DNA of 64,000 nucleotides from Giardia intestinalis (Eukaryota): NCBI GenBank assembly GCA_000002435.2, contig CM018793.1; one strand, 5' to 3'. Shown piece by piece: positions 30,430 to 39,100 of this stretch (position 1 is its first letter; each line of letters starts with the position of its first letter). The notes under the pieces were generated by a model. It saw only the letters and a program-made list of their open reading frames with translations, ran no database searches and was not told where the DNA came from. The position numbers and the translations under genes were made by a program.

Positions 30430-32047
30430 TCACGCCTTCCCCCTGCACACGAACCACCACAAGAAGCCCACGAGGCCCCCCACGACAGCGATGACAGCCA
30501 CGGAGATCCCTGCTATGGCACCAGTACTGAGGCCGCTCTTGTTGACGCTTCCGCCGGTGTTGTCGCCAGTGCCGTCGCCCATCACGAAGCACATGAACGC
30601 ACCGGTGGATGACACCGTGCACTGCCTGCACCCAGCGAGCCCCTCAGAGCACGGATTACACTTTGTCCCAGCACTCTGCGGTTTGTAATATCCAGTGCTG
30701 CATGTAGCACAGGCGTTAGCGTCGTTAGCAGCCGTGCATGTCTCGCAGCTAAGATGGCACCTTTTATTGGAACAATCGCCATTATCAGCCGTTAGACCAC
30801 TGGCACATTTTGTACATTTTCCTCCCTGCACTGTAGTACACACTTGCTTGCCAGGCTGTCTATCTGTCTGATAGCAACCGCCATCTTTGAGGAAGTAGTT
30901 ATTTTCACATTGAGTGCATGCTCCATTACTCACCGTAGTGCAAAATCGTGTTCGCGTATTGGCCGCACAGTTGCCATCCAGTGGTGCCTGTTGAGTGTTC
31001 TTGCACTTTGAGCAGTATGCAGTTCCTCCTATCTGAGCCCCACACTCTGCGCATCCATCGTTTGTAGAACTCACGCTGCACTGGTTCATGCACGTGCCCC
31101 CATTGGCAGGAGTATCAGCATCTGTATACTGAAGCATCCTCCCAGCAGGACAAGCCGTACACTTATCAGCGCCCTCACCCTTGCACTCTACGCACGCATC
31201 GTTGCACTTCTTGCACTTTCTGTCAGTGTCATTTCCGTAGTAGCCCTTGAGGGTCGTGCAGTCAGATACGCATTGACTGGTTGGGGTGAGGTAGTACTCA
31301 GACAGACACTTTGTACAGACCTCCTTATCGGCACCTTCACTGGTGCACTCCAAACAGTGCTCTGTGTTACAGTTACTGATTGGTTGGCATTCAGTCGATT
31401 CAGTATTAGGTTGGAGTCCTTCGTTGCACTCGCACACTTGGCTATCCTGTCCGGTGGCCTTGGGGGTAGAGTTAGCAGGGCAACTAGCAACGCACGACTT
31501 TCTGTTGAGACCAAAGATGGTCTTCGTATCAGTCGTACACGTCTTACAAACCACTCCGTTGGCGCCTTTCTCACAAGTGGTGCAGTCAGTTGTTCCAGCC
31601 GACACACATGTATTGCACTCCTTTGCTTCTTCATCAACGTAGTGGGTTGCCGGACAACCAGCTGTGTCAACGCACGTGCCGGTTGTGGACTCGCCATCCT
31701 TCTTCAGGTACTTCTTGGTCCCAGACGTTTTACACAGGCTGCACTTCTGTTGCTCCTTGGCCACGCACACAGCGCAATTATCATCTGCACACGCGGTGCA
31801 CTTCTTCTCGGTAGCGTCGATGAAGAAGCCCTCCTCATTAGTACACGCCTCTGCGCTAACACAGCTGGGTGCATCGCCAGCTTTAAAGTAGAATCCATCA
31901 ACACACTCCCCACATATATTGTCCACCACACAGCTCTTGCAATCACCCACAGAGCATGTCACACACCCACTACCACCCTTGTTGGGCTTCTTACCACTGT
32001 CACAGGCAGTACACACAGCGGCAGCCATACCAACTGTTGTTAGAGCT
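30430..32047 (-). repeat. constant 3' block, copy in U13 (offset +30559). Its 5' end is the chimeric junction.
   Basis: ORFs 30582..30782, 31188..31697, 31273..32043 are identical to the U0 copy up to ~32045. Confidence 0.85.
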
Positions 32048-32523
32048 GCAACTGTTAGTGCACTGGGGCTTACTGACAGTCGCATTGTACTTGCATGCCG
32101 TGCAATCAGTTATTGTACTACATGCCATGCACGTTCCAGACTCTGGATCAGCATACTTATCATTACCACAGCTATCAGTACATTGATTCCCATTGAGGTA
32201 CTTCCCCTCTGGACACGATGTGCACTGGGTCGCCGATGTCTCACAGGTGGCACAGTTCCCCTCGCATGGCTTACAAAGCTTGTTGTTTAGGAAGTACCCC
32301 TCTTGACAGGTATTACACGTGGCAGGTCCTGCATTCCCTGGTGCCGTACACTTGAGACAGTGGCCACTCCCGTATATCCATTCGCTCCCTTGATATCAGA
32401 GCACAAGATGCACTCCCCACCAGGAGTCACCTTGTCTGCCCTGTTCTGGAATATGTACTTGTTATCTGTCTTACAAGCAGTGCACAGTCCATTACTGGCC
32501 TTTGTACATATCACACTCCACAT
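30430..32523 (-). pseudogene. VSP-family unit U13. Chimeric: long-class constant 3' block fused to a U6-like 5' module across an internal deletion, plus a 1-bp deletion and a 3-bp in-frame deletion in the TM region.
   Basis: Tracker ORF 30430..32085 (551 aa) ends ...[12 protein letters not shown], lacking the conserved Cys (ccaccacaagaagccc versus ccaccagcagaggaagccc). Junction ~32046..32052: left of it the sequence matches U3 ~8410..8440, right of it U6 ~16148 onward. T lost at ~32358 (gagacagtggcc versus gagacagttggcc). The 5' edge has an in-frame ATG 32523..32521 (MWSVICTKASNGLCTACK). TAG 32529..32527. Confidence 0.75.
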
Positions 32524-32579
32524 CACCTATCACCCTCTATTACCCATTATCACACATTGTATAGCATTCACTACCCAAG
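32524..32579 (-). repeat. inter-unit spacer U13/U14 (56 bp). Same GATAG to GATG variant, creating an in-frame ATG for U13.
   Basis: Plus cacctatcaccctctattacccattatcacacattgtatagcattcactacccaag. TAG at 32529..32527. Confidence 0.8.
32566..32572 (-). terminator. polyadenylation signal AGTGAAT of U14
   Basis: Plus attcact 32566..32572. Stop 32582..32580. Confidence 0.75.
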
Positions 32580-33195
32580 TCACGCCTTCCCCCTGCACAC
32601 GAACCACCAGCAGAGGAAGCCCACGAGGCCCCCCACGACGACGACCACAGCGACGGAGATCCCCGCGACGGCCCCCGTGGAGAGCCCGCTCCTGTTGGTG
32701 CCAGAGGACACACACATGCCATCCCTCGGGACATAGCCCTCCTCGCACTCCCCGCAGACGCCCTCTGCGCTGCACCGCATGCACCTCTCTATGTCACAGA
32801 CAATGCACTGGGTGCCGTCCAGGCTGGGTCTCTGGTCTTTATTGGTACATGCCTCACACTTGTTGTCTGCGCTGCAGTGAGAGCAGCCCTGGGCCGGACA
32901 CACATAGCAGGTGCTTCCAGCCATGTTGGGCTTCTATTGTCCTCAGCACACACCTCGCACATCCCGTCGATGGCGCAGCTCTTGCACCCGCCGACCGCAC
33001 ACAGGGTGCACCCGCTGCCATCCTTGTTGGGCTTCTTCGTCTTGTCGCACGCACTACAGACCGCCGCGGCCATCGCATTGGCGGCTGGCGCTGCGGGGCC
33101 GCGCACGCCGTGCAGTCTAGCACGCCGACGTACGCTTGTCGCCCGCGGTCGCTCCCACAGGGTTGCCACAGGCAAGCACGGACTGCTGAGGCAGC
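32580..33195 (-). pseudogene. VSP-family unit U14. Partial, abuts the assembly gap. GC-rich lineage. Apparent frameshift.
   Basis: Tracker ORF 32580..32924 (frame 0) ends ...[38 protein letters not shown]. The upstream VSP-like sequence AVCSACDKTKKPNKDGSGCTLCAVGGCKSCAIDGMCEVC is in frame 2 (ORF 32789..33175), so there is a shift near 32925..32945. Sequence stops at the N run, 33196. Confidence 0.65.
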
Positions 33196-36100
33196 NNNNN
33201 NNNNNNNNNNNNNNNNNNNNNNNNNNNNNNNNNNNNNNNNNNNNNNNNNNNNNNNNNNNNNNNNNNNNNNNNNNNNNNNNNNNNNNNNNNNNNNNNNNNN
33301 NNNNNNNNNNNNNNNNNNNNNNNNNNNNNNNNNNNNNNNNNNNNNNNNNNNNNNNNNNNNNNNNNNNNNNNNNNNNNNNNNNNNNNNNNNNNNNNNNNNN
33401 NNNNNNNNNNNNNNNNNNNNNNNNNNNNNNNNNNNNNNNNNNNNNNNNNNNNNNNNNNNNNNNNNNNNNNNNNNNNNNNNNNNNNNNNNNNNNNNNNNNN
33501 NNNNNNNNNNNNNNNNNNNNNNNNNNNNNNNNNNNNNNNNNNNNNNNNNNNNNNNNNNNNNNNNNNNNNNNNNNNNNNNNNNNNNNNNNNNNNNNNNNNN
33601 NNNNNNNNNNNNNNNNNNNNNNNNNNNNNNNNNNNNNNNNNNNNNNNNNNNNNNNNNNNNNNNNNNNNNNNNNNNNNNNNNNNNNNNNNNNNNNNNNNNN
33701 NNNNNNNNNNNNNNNNNNNNNNNNNNNNNNNNNNNNNNNNNNNNNNNNNNNNNNNNNNNNNNNNNNNNNNNNNNNNNNNNNNNNNNNNNNNNNNNNNNNN
33801 NNNNNNNNNNNNNNNNNNNNNNNNNNNNNNNNNNNNNNNNNNNNNNNNNNNNNNNNNNNNNNNNNNNNNNNNNNNNNNNNNNNNNNNNNNNNNNNNNNNN
33901 NNNNNNNNNNNNNNNNNNNNNNNNNNNNNNNNNNNNNNNNNNNNNNNNNNNNNNNNNNNNNNNNNNNNNNNNNNNNNNNNNNNNNNNNNNNNNNNNNNNN
34001 NNNNNNNNNNNNNNNNNNNNNNNNNNNNNNNNNNNNNNNNNNNNNNNNNNNNNNNNNNNNNNNNNNNNNNNNNNNNNNNNNNNNNNNNNNNNNNNNNNNN
34101 NNNNNNNNNNNNNNNNNNNNNNNNNNNNNNNNNNNNNNNNNNNNNNNNNNNNNNNNNNNNNNNNNNNNNNNNNNNNNNNNNNNNNNNNNNNNNNNNNNNN
34201 NNNNNNNNNNNNNNNNNNNNNNNNNNNNNNNNNNNNNNNNNNNNNNNNNNNNNNNNNNNNNNNNNNNNNNNNNNNNNNNNNNNNNNNNNNNNNNNNNNNN
34301 NNNNNNNNNNNNNNNNNNNNNNNNNNNNNNNNNNNNNNNNNNNNNNNNNNNNNNNNNNNNNNNNNNNNNNNNNNNNNNNNNNNNNNNNNNNNNNNNNNNN
34401 NNNNNNNNNNNNNNNNNNNNNNNNNNNNNNNNNNNNNNNNNNNNNNNNNNNNNNNNNNNNNNNNNNNNNNNNNNNNNNNNNNNNNNNNNNNNNNNNNNNN
34501 NNNNNNNNNNNNNNNNNNNNNNNNNNNNNNNNNNNNNNNNNNNNNNNNNNNNNNNNNNNNNNNNNNNNNNNNNNNNNNNNNNNNNNNNNNNNNNNNNNNN
34601 NNNNNNNNNNNNNNNNNNNNNNNNNNNNNNNNNNNNNNNNNNNNNNNNNNNNNNNNNNNNNNNNNNNNNNNNNNNNNNNNNNNNNNNNNNNNNNNNNNNN
34701 NNNNNNNNNNNNNNNNNNNNNNNNNNNNNNNNNNNNNNNNNNNNNNNNNNNNNNNNNNNNNNNNNNNNNNNNNNNNNNNNNNNNNNNNNNNNNNNNNNNN
34801 NNNNNNNNNNNNNNNNNNNNNNNNNNNNNNNNNNNNNNNNNNNNNNNNNNNNNNNNNNNNNNNNNNNNNNNNNNNNNNNNNNNNNNNNNNNNNNNNNNNN
34901 NNNNNNNNNNNNNNNNNNNNNNNNNNNNNNNNNNNNNNNNNNNNNNNNNNNNNNNNNNNNNNNNNNNNNNNNNNNNNNNNNNNNNNNNNNNNNNNNNNNN
35001 NNNNNNNNNNNNNNNNNNNNNNNNNNNNNNNNNNNNNNNNNNNNNNNNNNNNNNNNNNNNNNNNNNNNNNNNNNNNNNNNNNNNNNNNNNNNNNNNNNNN
35101 NNNNNNNNNNNNNNNNNNNNNNNNNNNNNNNNNNNNNNNNNNNNNNNNNNNNNNNNNNNNNNNNNNNNNNNNNNNNNNNNNNNNNNNNNNNNNNNNNNNN
35201 NNNNNNNNNNNNNNNNNNNNNNNNNNNNNNNNNNNNNNNNNNNNNNNNNNNNNNNNNNNNNNNNNNNNNNNNNNNNNNNNNNNNNNNNNNNNNNNNNNNN
35301 NNNNNNNNNNNNNNNNNNNNNNNNNNNNNNNNNNNNNNNNNNNNNNNNNNNNNNNNNNNNNNNNNNNNNNNNNNNNNNNNNNNNNNNNNNNNNNNNNNNN
35401 NNNNNNNNNNNNNNNNNNNNNNNNNNNNNNNNNNNNNNNNNNNNNNNNNNNNNNNNNNNNNNNNNNNNNNNNNNNNNNNNNNNNNNNNNNNNNNNNNNNN
35501 NNNNNNNNNNNNNNNNNNNNNNNNNNNNNNNNNNNNNNNNNNNNNNNNNNNNNNNNNNNNNNNNNNNNNNNNNNNNNNNNNNNNNNNNNNNNNNNNNNNN
35601 NNNNNNNNNNNNNNNNNNNNNNNNNNNNNNNNNNNNNNNNNNNNNNNNNNNNNNNNNNNNNNNNNNNNNNNNNNNNNNNNNNNNNNNNNNNNNNNNNNNN
35701 NNNNNNNNNNNNNNNNNNNNNNNNNNNNNNNNNNNNNNNNNNNNNNNNNNNNNNNNNNNNNNNNNNNNNNNNNNNNNNNNNNNNNNNNNNNNNNNNNNNN
35801 NNNNNNNNNNNNNNNNNNNNNNNNNNNNNNNNNNNNNNNNNNNNNNNNNNNNNNNNNNNNNNNNNNNNNNNNNNNNNNNNNNNNNNNNNNNNNNNNNNNN
35901 NNNNNNNNNNNNNNNNNNNNNNNNNNNNNNNNNNNNNNNNNNNNNNNNNNNNNNNNNNNNNNNNNNNNNNNNNNNNNNNNNNNNNNNNNNNNNNNNNNNN
36001 NNNNNNNNNNNNNNNNNNNNNNNNNNNNNNNNNNNNNNNNNNNNNNNNNNNNNNNNNNNNNNNNNNNNNNNNNNNNNNNNNNNNNNNNNNNNNNNNNNNN

Positions 36101-39100
36101 NNNNNNNNNNNNNNNNNNNNNNNNNNNNNNNNNNNNNNNNNNNNNNNNNNNNNNNNNNNNNNNNNNNNNNNNNNNNNNNNNNNNNNNNNNNNNNNNNNNN
36201 NNNNNNNNNNNNNNNNNNNNNNNNNNNNNNNNNNNNNNNNNNNNNNNNNNNNNNNNNNNNNNNNNNNNNNNNNNNNNNNNNNNNNNNNNNNNNNNNNNNN
36301 NNNNNNNNNNNNNNNNNNNNNNNNNNNNNNNNNNNNNNNNNNNNNNNNNNNNNNNNNNNNNNNNNNNNNNNNNNNNNNNNNNNNNNNNNNNNNNNNNNNN
36401 NNNNNNNNNNNNNNNNNNNNNNNNNNNNNNNNNNNNNNNNNNNNNNNNNNNNNNNNNNNNNNNNNNNNNNNNNNNNNNNNNNNNNNNNNNNNNNNNNNNN
36501 NNNNNNNNNNNNNNNNNNNNNNNNNNNNNNNNNNNNNNNNNNNNNNNNNNNNNNNNNNNNNNNNNNNNNNNNNNNNNNNNNNNNNNNNNNNNNNNNNNNN
36601 NNNNNNNNNNNNNNNNNNNNNNNNNNNNNNNNNNNNNNNNNNNNNNNNNNNNNNNNNNNNNNNNNNNNNNNNNNNNNNNNNNNNNNNNNNNNNNNNNNNN
36701 NNNNNNNNNNNNNNNNNNNNNNNNNNNNNNNNNNNNNNNNNNNNNNNNNNNNNNNNNNNNNNNNNNNNNNNNNNNNNNNNNNNNNNNNNNNNNNNNNNNN
36801 NNNNNNNNNNNNNNNNNNNNNNNNNNNNNNNNNNNNNNNNNNNNNNNNNNNNNNNNNNNNNNNNNNNNNNNNNNNNNNNNNNNNNNNNNNNNNNNNNNNN
36901 NNNNNNNNNNNNNNNNNNNNNNNNNNNNNNNNNNNNNNNNNNNNNNNNNNNNNNNNNNNNNNNNNNNNNNNNNNNNNNNNNNNNNNNNNNNNNNNNNNNN
37001 NNNNNNNNNNNNNNNNNNNNNNNNNNNNNNNNNNNNNNNNNNNNNNNNNNNNNNNNNNNNNNNNNNNNNNNNNNNNNNNNNNNNNNNNNNNNNNNNNNNN
37101 NNNNNNNNNNNNNNNNNNNNNNNNNNNNNNNNNNNNNNNNNNNNNNNNNNNNNNNNNNNNNNNNNNNNNNNNNNNNNNNNNNNNNNNNNNNNNNNNNNNN
37201 NNNNNNNNNNNNNNNNNNNNNNNNNNNNNNNNNNNNNNNNNNNNNNNNNNNNNNNNNNNNNNNNNNNNNNNNNNNNNNNNNNNNNNNNNNNNNNNNNNNN
37301 NNNNNNNNNNNNNNNNNNNNNNNNNNNNNNNNNNNNNNNNNNNNNNNNNNNNNNNNNNNNNNNNNNNNNNNNNNNNNNNNNNNNNNNNNNNNNNNNNNNN
37401 NNNNNNNNNNNNNNNNNNNNNNNNNNNNNNNNNNNNNNNNNNNNNNNNNNNNNNNNNNNNNNNNNNNNNNNNNNNNNNNNNNNNNNNNNNNNNNNNNNNN
37501 NNNNNNNNNNNNNNNNNNNNNNNNNNNNNNNNNNNNNNNNNNNNNNNNNNNNNNNNNNNNNNNNNNNNNNNNNNNNNNNNNNNNNNNNNNNNNNNNNNNN
37601 NNNNNNNNNNNNNNNNNNNNNNNNNNNNNNNNNNNNNNNNNNNNNNNNNNNNNNNNNNNNNNNNNNNNNNNNNNNNNNNNNNNNNNNNNNNNNNNNNNNN
37701 NNNNNNNNNNNNNNNNNNNNNNNNNNNNNNNNNNNNNNNNNNNNNNNNNNNNNNNNNNNNNNNNNNNNNNNNNNNNNNNNNNNNNNNNNNNNNNNNNNNN
37801 NNNNNNNNNNNNNNNNNNNNNNNNNNNNNNNNNNNNNNNNNNNNNNNNNNNNNNNNNNNNNNNNNNNNNNNNNNNNNNNNNNNNNNNNNNNNNNNNNNNN
37901 NNNNNNNNNNNNNNNNNNNNNNNNNNNNNNNNNNNNNNNNNNNNNNNNNNNNNNNNNNNNNNNNNNNNNNNNNNNNNNNNNNNNNNNNNNNNNNNNNNNN
38001 NNNNNNNNNNNNNNNNNNNNNNNNNNNNNNNNNNNNNNNNNNNNNNNNNNNNNNNNNNNNNNNNNNNNNNNNNNNNNNNNNNNNNNNNNNNNNNNNNNNN
38101 NNNNNNNNNNNNNNNNNNNNNNNNNNNNNNNNNNNNNNNNNNNNNNNNNNNNNNNNNNNNNNNNNNNNNNNNNNNNNNNNNNNNNNNNNNNNNNNNNNNN
38201 NNNNNNNNNNNNNNNNNNNNNNNNNNNNNNNNNNNNNNNNNNNNNNNNNNNNNNNNNNNNNNNNNNNNNNNNNNNNNNNNNNNNNNNNNNNNNNNNNNNN
38301 NNNNNNNNNNNNNNNNNNNNNNNNNNNNNNNNNNNNNNNNNNNNNNNNNNNNNNNNNNNNNNNNNNNNNNNNNNNNNNNNNNNNNNNNNNNNNNNNNNNN
38401 NNNNNNNNNNNNNNNNNNNNNNNNNNNNNNNNNNNNNNNNNNNNNNNNNNNNNNNNNNNNNNNNNNNNNNNNNNNNNNNNNNNNNNNNNNNNNNNNNNNN
38501 NNNNNNNNNNNNNNNNNNNNNNNNNNNNNNNNNNNNNNNNNNNNNNNNNNNNNNNNNNNNNNNNNNNNNNNNNNNNNNNNNNNNNNNNNNNNNNNNNNNN
38601 NNNNNNNNNNNNNNNNNNNNNNNNNNNNNNNNNNNNNNNNNNNNNNNNNNNNNNNNNNNNNNNNNNNNNNNNNNNNNNNNNNNNNNNNNNNNNNNNNNNN
38701 NNNNNNNNNNNNNNNNNNNNNNNNNNNNNNNNNNNNNNNNNNNNNNNNNNNNNNNNNNNNNNNNNNNNNNNNNNNNNNNNNNNNNNNNNNNNNNNNNNNN
38801 NNNNNNNNNNNNNNNNNNNNNNNNNNNNNNNNNNNNNNNNNNNNNNNNNNNNNNNNNNNNNNNNNNNNNNNNNNNNNNNNNNNNNNNNNNNNNNNNNNNN
38901 NNNNNNNNNNNNNNNNNNNNNNNNNNNNNNNNNNNNNNNNNNNNNNNNNNNNNNNNNNNNNNNNNNNNNNNNNNNNNNNNNNNNNNNNNNNNNNNNNNNN
39001 NNNNNNNNNNNNNNNNNNNNNNNNNNNNNNNNNNNNNNNNNNNNNNNNNNNNNNNNNNNNNNNNNNNNNNNNNNNNNNNNNNNNNNNNNNNNNNNNNNNN

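Noticed and set aside
1-33195. CRISPR-like reading of regular repeats plus spacers
   Set aside because: The repeating units are 1.8-3.1 kb eukaryotic coding cassettes with 50-70 bp spacers. That is the inverse of CRISPR geometry, and no cas genes or 25-40 bp direct repeats are present.
1-33195. Alternative identity as EGF/furin-like or laminin-type Cys-rich repeats from a metazoan or other protist
   Set aside because: The invariant TM plus CRGKA terminus, the GGCY motif and the ACTYAGRTAGTRAAY signal overlapping TGA are collectively specific to the Giardia VSP family. No introns or long UTRs of the kind expected for metazoan genes.
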